A stretch of DNA of 64,000 nucleotides, from positions 7,057 through 71,056 of the forward strand of contig CAYYNN010000003.1 in the NCBI GenBank assembly GCA_964473175.1. Direction: 5' to 3'. Under the pieces are notes generated by a model that had not been told where the DNA came from, searched no databases, and was given only the letters and a program-made list of their open reading frames with translations. This document shows, in pieces, positions 41,251 through 51,034 of this stretch. The translations under genes and the position numbers were made by a program. Numbering within the stretch: position 1 is the stretch's first letter; the number at the start of each line of letters is the position of its first letter. This DNA is from an uncultured Candidatus Saccharibacteria bacterium. Lineage in GTDB: Bacteria; Patescibacteriota; Minisyncoccia; Phycocordibacterales; UBA9973.

Positions 41251-42519
41251 TTACTTCGTTTTTGGATGAACAATTTGTTTTGCAATGATGTTCGCTTCAA
41301 GTATTTCATCAAGCTTATCGCTACCTCCAACATTTTCATCTCCGTGAAGAATTAACGTCGAAAGGTTTGTAATTTTCGCCAATGAATCATATTTTGCCTG
41401 AAGTGTCGCATCGGGAACTTTCTTTAGTTCCATTGCTTTATCGAGTATTTGTTTGTTTGCATCAAGAGTAATTTCCGTTTTGGAACTAAATTCCTTAACG
41501 TCATTCTCTCTCTCGATTTCTTTTTTTGATTTAAACTGGTCAACCTCATTTGTCTTTAAACTTTTATCCAATGCAGTTTGAATTAGATTAGTTGCTGTAC
41601 CAGTTTTATCAATAGCATAGGCTTCGCCGTCAGCGATTTTCATCTTCTTGCGACGCTCGCCATCACCCTGTTTTTCTGTAGTATCTGCCAAGATTTTAGC
41701 TTCTTCAAACGCGATCGTCGCCTTTTTGATTTTTTCCTGTGCCTCAAGAAGATCTTGAGATTCAGGATCAAGAACGAACTCAGTAAATTCTATGTCTTCC
41801 AGAATAACGCCAGTGAGGTAGTTATCTTTGTTGACAGTTCGATAGAAATTGCCCGCATCAGGTAGTTCTTCAAAACTTACTCCATATACTGCTGTTAAAT
41901 AATCAGCAGTACGAGTCCATTTTTGGAATTTGTCTAACACAGACTTTTCAGGATCGCTTTTTGCTTGGTACGTTGTTGAAATCGCGGCTGAATAATTGTA
42001 TACGATATACTTTAAGTAACCGAAAGCAGTTCCACGATATCCATCTCTTGTTAAAAAAGGGATAGCGATGTCCTCACGTTCGCGAGCGAACAATGAAGAT
42101 TTTTTTATTTCTTTCCATTCGCCTAATGCAATAGTATCAGGATCATTTGTAGTTTTTGTAGCAATACCTGTTTTATCTTTTGGGATAAGTGGTTGCCACC
42201 TGACCTCACCATTTGTTGTGCGTATTTCCTTAAGTGTTCTAAACTTTTTGTATCTATAGTCGAATAACCCTATACTGTAAGGCCAAATTAAAAAGTAGAA
42301 AGATTTTGAACTATCTATTTTTATCTTTGGATCTACTCCAGGTACATCAAATATTTCTTTAGGAATAGGTATATCGGGGATGCCTACCCCGACAATGGTA
42401 ATGTGTGTTTTGAAACGTTTGATTACTGAGAGTTGACCTTCTTCTGGTTGATAGAAATGAATAGTAGAAAGCCATAAGGCTATTACTATCGCAATAAGGA
42501 AGATAATGAATATACTCAT
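41251..42519 (-). CDS. Membrane-anchored SPFH/band-7-like protein
   Basis: N-terminal TM segment; SPFH-like core followed by a long E/K/A-rich coiled coil. Confidence 0.4.
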   Translation of the reverse strand: MSIFIIFLIAIVIALWLSTIHFYQPEEGQLSVIKRFKTHITIVGVGIPDIPIPKEIFDVPGVDPKIKIDSSKSFYFLIWPYSIGLFDYRYKKFRTLKEIRTTNGEVRWQPLIPKDKTGIATKTTNDPDTIALGEWKEIKKSSLFAREREDIAIPFLTRDGYRGTAFGYLKYIVYNYSAAISTTYQAKSDPEKSVLDKFQKWTRTADYLTAVYGVSFEELPDAGNFYRTVNKDNYLTGVILEDIEFTEFVLDPESQDLLEAQEKIKKATIAFEEAKILADTTEKQGDGERRKKMKIADGEAYAIDKTGTATNLIQTALDKSLKTNEVDQFKSKKEIERENDVKEFSSKTEITLDANKQILDKAMELKKVPDATLQAKYDSLAKITNLSTLILHGDENVGGSDKLDEILEANIIAKQIVHPKTK

Positions 42520-42601
42520 TTTTTATCGTTTTATTTTGTTAAAGAATTAGTTTCTAAATCTGTTCTTATTATAACAGATTATATACATTTTGTCAATAAA
42601 A

Positions 42602-42634
42602 AAACCCTCTCATAAAGAAAGGGTTTAAAGGTTT
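42602..42634 (-). terminator. Rho-independent terminator for the 42645..43244 gene
   Basis: Minus-strand hairpin aaaccctttctttatgagagggttt followed by TTTTTTTT. Confidence 0.6.
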
Positions 42635-42644
42635 TAATCGCAGC

Positions 42645-43244
42645 TTAGAACGTCGTTGTAAACGTAATCGTTGTTGGATTGTTTGGGTTGTAAGCATATC
42701 CACCACTTCTACACAGGTTCCATCCTGAGTACCATGGCGTCAATTGCCATGCTGCTTCATTTGGATCACTTGTCCACTCTGCGTGAACAGAAATCAATCT
42801 ACATGAAATGGGTGTGCCGTACTCATCGGTTCTTGTTTCCAAGATCCATACACTCCCACCATATGCATTGTGATCATAGTTGTACACCATGGACGTTGAT
42901 ACGCTACCGTCAGGGGAAACGCTTCCTGGTCTGCAAAGCGTAACAGTACTGATAGCGGTTCCAGGATTTCCTGTTGTCCAGACATGATATGTACCAGAAA
43001 TGTTGTCTCTGGTGATATACGGCCGAACGACTGCAGTGACATACTTTGTCTCCATAACCACACCTCTATCATTTCTGAAATCAATGTAGCCCCCTCGCAT
43101 GTCCGCATCGATCTGGGCTATTACCGGGGTAATGACCGTTGGGCTTTGCGTTGGAGGAATGATTTGTCCCTGCACGTCTTTTGCACAACTTGTTGTACTG
43201 AAAACGATTGCTGCTGCGATGATGGTAAAGAACATATTTTTCAT
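42645..43244 (-). CDS. Putative lipoprotein or secreted hypothetical protein
   Basis: Signal peptide ending STTSC (lipobox-like). Confidence 0.5.
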   Translation of the reverse strand: MKNMFFTIIAAAIVFSTTSCAKDVQGQIIPPTQSPTVITPVIAQIDADMRGGYIDFRNDRGVVMETKYVTAVVRPYITRDNISGTYHVWTTGNPGTAISTVTLCRPGSVSPDGSVSTSMVYNYDHNAYGGSVWILETRTDEYGTPISCRLISVHAEWTSDPNEAAWQLTPWYSGWNLCRSGGYAYNPNNPTTITFTTTF

Positions 43245-43427
43245 GATGTATTTTTTTAAAGTTTAAATTGATTGGTTGAGGCGTCCAGCAGGGCAGTACG
43301 GGATATCTCAACCAATCAACGACAACTTCATGAATCTGAGTATATTATAGCAGGTATACATACTTTTGTCAAGCACTAGTGTATACAGCAAAAAAGCCCT
43401 AGAAATAGGACTTTTTTGTGTACGATG

Positions 43428-43500
43428 TGCCCCCAGAGGGATTCGAACCCACGACCGTCTCCTTAAGAGGGAGCTGCTCTACCAACTGAGCTATAGAGGC
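43428..43500 (-). tRNA. tRNA-Lys (CUU)
   Basis: Acceptor GCCTCTA/TGGGGGC, anticodon loop CTCTTAA, T-loop GGTTCGAATCC; one mismatch each in the anticodon and T stems. Confidence 0.7.
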
Positions 43501-43520
43501 ATACCTATGTACTTGTACTG

Positions 43521-43602
43521 TGCTGGAGAAGGGACTTGAACCCTTAAGCCTTGCGGCACTAGTTCCTAAGACTAGCGCGTATACCAATTCCGCCACTCCA
43601 GC
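43521..43602 (-). tRNA. tRNA-Leu (UAG)
   Basis: Long variable arm; anticodon stem CTAGT/ACTAG; loop CTTAGGA. Confidence 0.8.
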
Positions 43603-43653
43603 GTAAGCGCCTGGTGCCCCCAATAATACCGTATTTCGCACACTCTTTCAAGG

Positions 43654-43736
43654 TGCCCAGGGTGGGACTCGAACCCACACGGTATTACTACCAGAGGATT
43701 TTAAGTCCTCGCTGTCTACCATTCCATCACCTGGGC
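43654..43736 (-). tRNA. tRNA-Leu (UAA)
   Basis: Long variable arm; anticodon stem GAGGA/TCCTC; loop CTTAAAA; acceptor GCCCAGG/CCTGGGC. Confidence 0.8.
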
Positions 43737-43741
43737 AGGGA

Positions 43742-43812
43742 GACCCGGGCGAGAATCGAACTCGCGTATAGTTCTTTTGCAGAGAACCGCCTTACCACTT
43801 GGCCACCAGGTC
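43742..43812 (-). tRNA. tRNA-Cys (GCA)
   Basis: Acceptor GACCTGG/CCGGGTC; loop CTGCAAA; discriminator U. Confidence 0.8.
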
Positions 43813-43827
43813 ATATATAGTGTGGTG

Positions 43828-44160
43828 TTACATTTCTCCTTTTTTCAAAAGATCCTCTATAGTGTGGAGTGCTTTCTGTCCAGTGTCAATCTGGACATCG
43901 AGAAATGGAATCGTACGGATGTTCATCTGCTTCTTGATAGCTTCACGCATCTCAGGGCGCTTTCGTTTGAGGAAGTTGATGGCACTGTCTTCACCACTCT
44001 CTGGCATAACAGAGAGGTAGATCATCGCAGTACGACCTCGGTCTGCTACTTCGACATGGGTAATGGTAAGTAATGCTGTTTTGTTGCTTTCACGCTCGAC
44101 GAAGCCGGCGACTATTTCTTGTATCTGTTCTTCAATTTTGTGGTTACGAGAGCTGATCAT
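43828..44160 (-). CDS. rbfA: Ribosome-binding factor A
   Basis: RbfA-like 110-aa KH-fold protein immediately downstream of infB. Confidence 0.8.
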   Translation of the reverse strand: MISSRNHKIEEQIQEIVAGFVERESNKTALLTITHVEVADRGRTAMIYLSVMPESGEDSAINFLKRKRPEMREAIKKQMNIRTIPFLDVQIDTGQKALHTIEDLLKKGEM

Positions 44161-44173
44161 AAGTTGTGTATGG

Positions 44174-45649
44174 TTAGACGGTTTTCATGATAAATGCTTC
44201 GAGGATATCTCCTCCAGCAATGTCGTTCTTGCATTCAACGAGCATACCGCATTCACCCTCAGATATTTCTTTGACCTTTTGCTTGGCATGTTGAATTTCA
44301 ATAATAGAACCTTGGGCAAGTGCAAAATCACGACGGATAATAGATACTTTGGCGCCGTTGGTGATAGTACCGCTGTCGATACGACAGCCGATCACTTGCT
44401 TGTCTTTAGTTTTGGAAAATACCTTGAGTACCTTTGCCGTACCAATCACTTCTCGTGTTTCAACTCGTGGTCGCCGTTTCTCGAGCTCAATGGCCAACCA
44501 CTCGGTGAGTTTGTAAATAATAGAAAATGTTTCTACTGTAGCGCCGACGGTCTGATTGGTTTCTTTGGCACGACTATCAAGACCAACATTGAAACCGATG
44601 ATAATAGTCTCTTTGTCAGATTGAGCCATACGAATATCTCCTTCACCAATCGCTCCGACACCTTTTTGAATTATTTTGAGATGGAGCCCTTCAACTGATA
44701 TTTTCTGTATCTCTTGTTCGATAGCTTCAGCTGTTCCATATACGTCAGTTTTAATGATGAGTGGCACCACTTTGTGGTTTGCCTTGATAACGATCGCATT
44801 AGCTGCACCAACAGCATCAAGATTTTCTACATGGACTTCTGCATCCCGTTTCTTATCAAAAACCATAATAGTAGAACCTACTGCTGGAGGAGTATCAAAA
44901 CCAATGAGTTTTACTGGAGTACCAGGTCCCGCTTCTGAAATTGCTTTGCCCAAGAAATTTTCAATCATTCGAGTCGTGGTGATGGCGTATCCCGCAACAA
45001 CGAACACACCACGTTTGAGCGTGCCGTTTTTGATAACGATAGTTGCCGCAATGCCGCGTTTGGGATCCATAGCACTTTCGATCACGATCCCTGTAACTAC
45101 TGCATCAGGATCACTGTGCATTTCTTCGAGGTCTGCCACAAGCAAGATAGTGTCGAGGAGTTCAGTAATACCGGTTCCTTTTGTTGCAGAAACTGCGACC
45201 CATGGAATGGTTCCGCCGTACCCCTCTACGAGAACTTCTTGTTCTGCGAGCATTTGTTTGGTGCGTTCGATATTTGCTTCTGGACGATCAACTTTATTAA
45301 TAGCGACAATGTAGGGGATACCTGCAGCTTTGATGGTCTTGAGTGCTTCAATGGTTTGCGTTTTGACACCGTCTTCTGCTGAAACAACGAGAATAGCAAT
45401 GTCTGCCGCACTCGCACCTCGTTCGCGCATACCAGAAAATGCAGCGTGACCTGGTGTATCGATGAAGGTGATATTTCTATCGGTATTTTGATACGGAATC
45501 GTTATTTCATACGCTGACAAATGTTGTGTAATGCCACCTGCTTCTCCTTCAGCCACATTTGATTTGCGGATATAGTCGAGTAATGTTGATTTGCCGTGGT
45601 CGATGTGACCCATGACTGCAACTATTGGAGATGGAAGTGTGTGTTTCAT
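44174..45649 (-). CDS. infB: Translation initiation factor IF-2 (short form)
   Basis: G domain VMGHIDHGKSTLLDYIR, DTPGH and NKVD motifs. Confidence 0.85.
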   Translation of the reverse strand: MKHTLPSPIVAVMGHIDHGKSTLLDYIRKSNVAEGEAGGITQHLSAYEITIPYQNTDRNITFIDTPGHAAFSGMRERGASAADIAILVVSAEDGVKTQTIEALKTIKAAGIPYIVAINKVDRPEANIERTKQMLAEQEVLVEGYGGTIPWVAVSATKGTGITELLDTILLVADLEEMHSDPDAVVTGIVIESAMDPKRGIAATIVIKNGTLKRGVFVVAGYAITTTRMIENFLGKAISEAGPGTPVKLIGFDTPPAVGSTIMVFDKKRDAEVHVENLDAVGAANAIVIKANHKVVPLIIKTDVYGTAEAIEQEIQKISVEGLHLKIIQKGVGAIGEGDIRMAQSDKETIIIGFNVGLDSRAKETNQTVGATVETFSIIYKLTEWLAIELEKRRPRVETREVIGTAKVLKVFSKTKDKQVIGCRIDSGTITNGAKVSIIRRDFALAQGSIIEIQHAKQKVKEISEGECGMLVECKNDIAGGDILEAFIMKTV

Positions 45650-45664
45650 AATAGGAATGTGTAA

Positions 45665-46138
45665 TTATTTGAGAGACTTCTTTGCTGCATTGAGTGCGTC
45701 AGTTTCTTGTTCGGTGAGCGATACATCTGCAATGCCGCGGTTTACCTTCTTGGCGTATACGCCAACATGGTTTCGGTTGGTAATAACAGAAAGGATATAC
45801 CCATCTTCATGCTCGTCGATGAGACCAGAAGCAAAGCTTTGTTCTCCACCAACGTTTTCGTATGCATTATATCTGACGAGTGAGTAGCCTCTGAGAGAAC
45901 GCTTCACGCGACGGTCGATCATTTCCAGGCCTTCTTTGTGTGCGTGTAATGTATCGTCTGTTGCAGCAGCTTTTTGTGTCAACCACGCAAGTGTTGCTTC
46001 AAGGGACGCACCATCTTTGCCGGCCATAAATGCTCGGAGCTTTTTATTGATACGGTACAGTGCTACAGAAAGTATGATAATACCTATGAAAAAGGCACCC
46101 GCGATGAACATAAGAATGGGTGGTATACTTCCTTGCAT
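45665..46138 (-). CDS. DUF4446-like membrane-anchored protein
   Basis: N-terminal TM segment; VRYNAYENVGGEQSF motif. Confidence 0.5.
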   Translation of the reverse strand: MQGSIPPILMFIAGAFFIGIIILSVALYRINKKLRAFMAGKDGASLEATLAWLTQKAAATDDTLHAHKEGLEMIDRRVKRSLRGYSLVRYNAYENVGGEQSFASGLIDEHEDGYILSVITNRNHVGVYAKKVNRGIADVSLTEQETDALNAAKKSLK

Positions 46139-46163
46139 AGAACGCTATTATACTGATTTTGCC

Positions 46164-47366
46164 ATGTTTTTCAAGTTTTTCACCAAATCAACCCTATCTA
46201 CAAAACGTATATATCTCGACTACGCATCAAGCACCCCGCTTGATCTATCGGTAATAAAAAAAACACCATACATACCTATGAGTGTTATTGGTGCCAATCC
46301 GCACGCACTACACGCAGAAGGAGTGCTGGCAAGAAGCGTACTGGATGATGCACGAGCATTAGTTGCTGCTACTGTGCACGCGCATAGCGATGAAATCGTT
46401 TTTACGAGCGGTGCAACAGAAAGCGATAATCTTGCGCTTAAGGGACTCATAGAAGCATCTTTGAAAAAAGGGATAGCGCCACATGAAATCGCAATTGTGG
46501 TGAGCGACATAGAACACGCCGCAATTCTTGAAACGGTAAATGTATATATCGATACAGGAATGCTGGACATCACGCTGCCAACCCACGATGGTGTAGTAGA
46601 TCCAAAACACGTAGTCGTTCCAGAGGGATGCAAAGTAGTCTTGGTTTCAATACTGTACGTCAATAATGAAATAGGAACAGTACAACCCATAAAAGATATT
46701 GCAAAACGAGTTCGTTATATGCGAAAGCATCATCCTGATGTTGAGATATATTTTCATACCGATGCAACTCAAGCGCCTGCACACTTTTCATTGAATATCG
46801 CAAGGCTCGGTGTCGACATGATGACGCTGGGTGCAACAAAACTCTACGCACACAAAGGTGTTGGAGTGTTGTATAAAAAAAGAAATATTACACTCAGCCC
46901 CATCATGCACGGTGGTGGTCAGGAGTTTGGTCTTCGTCCTGGAACAGAACCTATTGCACTCGCTCATTCATTTGCTCATGCATTGAAATATGCGATAGAT
47001 ATTCAAGAGCAAGAAACAGAGCGAGTCAAAGAATTACAGACATACTTTGAACAACAGCTTGCAGAAAAAATTCCAGAAGTATTGATCACTGCACACGATC
47101 AAGATCGTACGCCACATATCACTCATGTGGGTATCAAAAACTTCGATAGTGAACTGCTTGTTATTGAACTCGACGCTCGAGGCATTGCTGTGTCCGCAAA
47201 GAGTGCATGTAAAAATGAAGAAGATAGTGAGTCATCGATCGTAGAAAAACTCTATGGCAAAGGCTGGGGAGCGGTACGGTTCTCATTTGGGAGAATGACC
47301 AAGAAAGGGGACTTGGATAGAGCTATACAAGCGTTGAAGAGAGTGGTGGAGAAGTATAGGAAATAA
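46164..47366 (+). CDS. Cysteine desulfurase (class V aminotransferase, NifS/IscS-like)
   Basis: IYLDYASSTP and TSGATESDN motifs. Start trimmed to MFFKFF to avoid overlap with the convergent gene. Confidence 0.8.
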   Translation: MFFKFFTKSTLSTKRIYLDYASSTPLDLSVIKKTPYIPMSVIGANPHALHAEGVLARSVLDDARALVAATVHAHSDEIVFTSGATESDNLALKGLIEASLKKGIAPHEIAIVVSDIEHAAILETVNVYIDTGMLDITLPTHDGVVDPKHVVVPEGCKVVLVSILYVNNEIGTVQPIKDIAKRVRYMRKHHPDVEIYFHTDATQAPAHFSLNIARLGVDMMTLGATKLYAHKGVGVLYKKRNITLSPIMHGGGQEFGLRPGTEPIALAHSFAHALKYAIDIQEQETERVKELQTYFEQQLAEKIPEVLITAHDQDRTPHITHVGIKNFDSELLVIELDARGIAVSAKSACKNEEDSESSIVEKLYGKGWGAVRFSFGRMTKKGDLDRAIQALKRVVEKYRK

Positions 47367-47371
47367 ATTGG

Positions 47372-48064
47372 CTACTCTTTCATAAGAGAGGCAACTTCTG
47401 TTGATACTTTGGATTCTAATGCGTCAAACTCTTCTATTGATTTTTCATGAGTGAGAGAATATTCAATATTTTTTACTACTGTATTTTTTGTACTCATATC
47501 TATGCGTCGGAGAGTTATCATTACCGCTGTGTCTGATGTGCGTTTTGTTCCGATTGTGATATATGAATTAATAGGGATATATGTCTTGAGTACGTCATTT
47601 TTAGCATCGGGACTGTAGGTGTCCCCGATAGTGCGTTCGGAAAGTAGCGTATTGAGTGTAGATACATCACGGCTCATGATTTTGTAATCAGTACCACTTT
47701 GGTTTGCCATATCAACAGTTATTTCTGCTGTAAGTAATGATTCAAGAGTGTTAGGTACGAGAGAGCCTTGTCGGAGCGCGCTCGATTCACTAATGATTGC
47801 AAAAGCAGGAACTGATTCTTTTGAGGTTTCTTTGGTAAGTTTTTTGAAAGACTTTTCGAGTTGTTCAAGATTAGAAAGAATTTTTGTATTTTCTCCTACT
47901 TGTTCATTGCTGGTTTGTACATGGATTGATTCTTGTTGCGTAGAGTTATGAGGTACGCTTTGCTGTGCCTCAACACCTTGACTCATCAAAAGAGTCGTCG
48001 TTCCAATAATAATTTTCTTAACTAAAGAGTTTCCATCTTCTGTTGAGTTCGGGAATTTTTCCAT
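47372..48064 (-). CDS. Secreted hypothetical protein
   Basis: N-terminal hydrophobic segment; Ser/Thr-rich; no family recognised. Confidence 0.4.
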   Translation of the reverse strand: MEKFPNSTEDGNSLVKKIIIGTTTLLMSQGVEAQQSVPHNSTQQESIHVQTSNEQVGENTKILSNLEQLEKSFKKLTKETSKESVPAFAIISESSALRQGSLVPNTLESLLTAEITVDMANQSGTDYKIMSRDVSTLNTLLSERTIGDTYSPDAKNDVLKTYIPINSYITIGTKRTSDTAVMITLRRIDMSTKNTVVKNIEYSLTHEKSIEEFDALESKVSTEVASLMKE

Positions 48065-48205
48065 ATAAGTTAAGTATACACTTTTTGTACTAGAAAACCC
48101 TTGACATTTGTGCTATAGTAGTATCATTCAGAGCTTCCCGAATGCCTTCATTTCTGTACCGCAGCTTTCCTTTTATAGAATCATAATTTATCCATTTTAT
48201 TACCC

Positions 48206-50908
48206 ATGTCCACCATCCCACCACTAAACCAATTCACCACAAAAGCTAAGGAGACGATCAAGCGAGCACATGAGCTCGCTATTGAGCGTGGCCAGAACAG
48301 TGTGAACACCTTACATCTCTTGACTGCTCTTTTGGTGCAGGAAGAGTCAAATATACTCACCCTTCTTGAGAAGCTTGATGTTGATACTATTTTGATGACT
48401 GACTCAGTACTTGAGGCGATTGAAACCGCAGATGGTACAAGTACGGTCGCGCCATCGTATCAAATGTTCCTCACTGCAGATCTCGCACAAGTGATCGAAA
48501 CATCATTGAAAGTTGCCGCAGAAATGAAAGATAATTTTGTTTCAACCGAACATTTATTTATCGCACTGTTTGATGTGTCCAATCAAGCAAGCGATTTGCT
48601 TAGTCAGTTTAAAATTGAACGCACAGCTATCATTACAGCCGTCTCAGAATATCGGACAAATAAAAACTCTGATACTGGATCAAATAAGAAAATGCGAATG
48701 CTTGCAAAGTTCACGCGTAACCTTACCGCTCTTGCTCGTGAAGACAAACTTGATCCGGTTATCGGACGGGATACTGAGATTATGCGTATTATGCAAATCC
48801 TTTCACGTCGGACCAAGAATAATCCAATATTGCTCGGAGAACCAGGTACTGGTAAGACTGCTGTAGTTGAAGGACTCGCAAACCGTATTGCAAAGGGAGA
48901 TGTATCAGAGAGTTTGAAAGATAAAGAAATTGTTTCTCTGGACATGGGATCACTCCTTGCCGGTACAAAATATCGAGGAGAATTTGAAGAGAGAGTAAAA
49001 AATATTCTTAAGGAGGTGGAGCGTGCAGAAGGAAAGATTATTCTTTTTATTGATGAAATTCATAACATTGTTGGAGCAGGATCAGTCGAAGGAATGGGAG
49101 ATATGGCACAACTACTCAAGCCGGCACTTGCTCGGGGAGAGCTTCGCGCTATCGGTGCTACGACACTCAAGGAGTATCAGAAGTATATTGAAAAGGATGC
49201 AGCGCTTGCACGCCGGTTTCAACCAGTCATTGTGGAAGAGCCATCACCAGAAGACACTGTTGCCATCCTCCGAGGTCTCAAAGAAAAATATGAGTTGTAT
49301 CATGGAGTACATATCACTGACGATGCTCTTGTTGCAGCAGTAACGCTTTCTACTCGGTATATCACCAATAGATTTTTGCCGGATAAGGCAATCGATCTCC
49401 TTGATGAAGCATCTTCGGCGCTTCGAATGACATTAGAAAATAAGCCGGTAGCTCTCGAAGAAGCACATCGTAAAATAATGCGTTTGGAAATAGAGCGCGA
49501 AGCATTGCGAAAAGATATTGAAGCAGAAAGTGGTGTAAAGATTGCGAAAGCACGTATCAATGATATTGAAGCTGAGATTGCGAACGTACATGAAAAAACC
49601 AAAGAGCTTGATATGAAATGGAGAGGTGAAAAAACCACTCTTCAAGATATTGGGAAGATCAAAAAAGATCTTGAAACACTGCGTCTCGAAGCTGAAGGTG
49701 CAGAGTCGCGTGCTGATCTGGGACGAGCTGCAGAGATTAGATATGGACATATTCCAACGTTACAAAAAGAACTTGTTGTTAAAACTGCAAAATTGAAGAA
49801 ACTGCAAAAGACTCGTCGAATACTCAAGGAGGAAATTACTGAAGAAGATATTGCAGACGTTGTTGCTCGTTGGACAGGTGTACCGGTTATGAAAATGTTG
49901 GAAGAAGAACGAGAACGCCTCGTACAAATGGAAGCACACCTCAACAGCCGTGTTGTTGGTCAACATGAAGCCATAGAAAAAATCGCAAATGTTATCAGAC
50001 GTAACCGCGCAGGTATTGGAGACCCAAACCGTCCTATAGGATCATTTCTCTTTCTGGGTCCCACAGGTGTTGGGAAGACAGAGCTCACAAAAACATTAGC
50101 AGAGTTTATGTTCAATGATGAGAAAGCATTGATTAGAGTCGATATGAGTGAATACATGGAGCGACACAGTGTGTCAAAACTCATTGGTTCACCTCCAGGA
50201 TATGTCGGTCATGACGAAAGTGGGCAACTGACAGAAAGCGTGCGCCATCGACCATACAGCGTTGTGCTCTTTGATGAAGTTGAAAAAGCACATCCGGAAG
50301 TATTTAACGTGTTACTCCAAGTGCTTGATGAAGGACATCTGCGTGATTCAAAGGGGCGATTTGTGAACTTTAAAAACACAGTTATTATTATGACTTCGAA
50401 TATCGGCTCACAGTTCATTGAGAAAATGGAAACAATCGGTTTCCATACAAACAATGAGATAGCTGAATATGGTCAGATGAAAGAAAAAGTTGAAGGTGCA
50501 CTCAAAGACTACTTTAGACCTGAGTTCCTTAACCGTATTGACGAAATCGTGGTGTTTGATATCCTGTCCCAGGCAGCGATCAAGGATATTGTTCGATTGC
50601 GTACCGATACTGTACTCGCTCGTCTTCTAGATAAGGGTATTACCGTAACAATCAACGATGATACGCTTTCATATCTGGCGCGTGTCGGATATAATCCACA
50701 CTACGGGGCTCGGCCCCTCAATCGCTTGATTCAGAACAAAATTCTCAATCCGATTGCGACACAGATCATCAACCGAACTATCGGAGATGGTGACCGTGTC
50801 AACGTTTCTATGGATGGGGATGACGTTGTTATCTCTACATCACTTAAACATAAAAAACGTCCAAGTTCTTTTAGTAATCAAAAGAAAGAAGTTTCGACTT
50901 CTCGATAA
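48206..50908 (+). CDS. clpB: ATP-dependent chaperone ClpB
   Basis: Two AAA+ modules (GEPGTGKTA, GPTGVGKTE) separated by a long coiled-coil M-domain; N-terminal Clp_N repeats. Confidence 0.85.
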   Translation: MSTIPPLNQFTTKAKETIKRAHELAIERGQNSVNTLHLLTALLVQEESNILTLLEKLDVDTILMTDSVLEAIETADGTSTVAPSYQMFLTADLAQVIETSLKVAAEMKDNFVSTEHLFIALFDVSNQASDLLSQFKIERTAIITAVSEYRTNKNSDTGSNKKMRMLAKFTRNLTALAREDKLDPVIGRDTEIMRIMQILSRRTKNNPILLGEPGTGKTAVVEGLANRIAKGDVSESLKDKEIVSLDMGSLLAGTKYRGEFEERVKNILKEVERAEGKIILFIDEIHNIVGAGSVEGMGDMAQLLKPALARGELRAIGATTLKEYQKYIEKDAALARRFQPVIVEEPSPEDTVAILRGLKEKYELYHGVHITDDALVAAVTLSTRYITNRFLPDKAIDLLDEASSALRMTLENKPVALEEAHRKIMRLEIEREALRKDIEAESGVKIAKARINDIEAEIANVHEKTKELDMKWRGEKTTLQDIGKIKKDLETLRLEAEGAESRADLGRAAEIRYGHIPTLQKELVVKTAKLKKLQKTRRILKEEITEEDIADVVARWTGVPVMKMLEEERERLVQMEAHLNSRVVGQHEAIEKIANVIRRNRAGIGDPNRPIGSFLFLGPTGVGKTELTKTLAEFMFNDEKALIRVDMSEYMERHSVSKLIGSPPGYVGHDESGQLTESVRHRPYSVVLFDEVEKAHPEVFNVLLQVLDEGHLRDSKGRFVNFKNTVIIMTSNIGSQFIEKMETIGFHTNNEIAEYGQMKEKVEGALKDYFRPEFLNRIDEIVVFDILSQAAIKDIVRLRTDTVLARLLDKGITVTINDDTLSYLARVGYNPHYGARPLNRLIQNKILNPIATQIINRTIGDGDRVNVSMDGDDVVISTSLKHKKRPSSFSNQKKEVSTSR

Positions 50909-50947
50909 TGATTACGTGCCGTCAGCGTAATAATGCAGACGGCGTAC

Positions 50948-51033
50948 GCGTCGGTGGTAGAGTGGTCAATTACAACAGACTGTAAATCTGTCGCCTTCGG
51001 GCTACGAAGGTTCAAATCCTTCCCGGCGCACCA
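50948..51033 (+). tRNA. tRNA-Tyr (GUA), CCA encoded
   Basis: Acceptor GCGTCGG/CCGGCGC; anticodon stem ACAGA/TCTGT; loop CTGTAAA; long variable arm; T-loop GGTTCAAATCC. Confidence 0.8.
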
Positions 51034-51034
51034 C

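Noticed and set aside
43271-43316. Inverted repeat attggttgag...ctcaaccaat between the lipoprotein gene and the tRNA cluster, considered as a terminator
   Set aside because: No U-tract on either strand and a loop of about 25 nt, so more likely an operator or chance.
43399-43820. ORFs 43399..43641 (-) and 43614..43820 (+)
   Set aside because: They lie entirely over the four tRNA genes.
50933-51034. Track ORF start of the TrmH-family gene at 50933
   Set aside because: It would translate through the tRNA-Tyr gene. The ATG at 51035 gives the canonical SpoU N-terminus.
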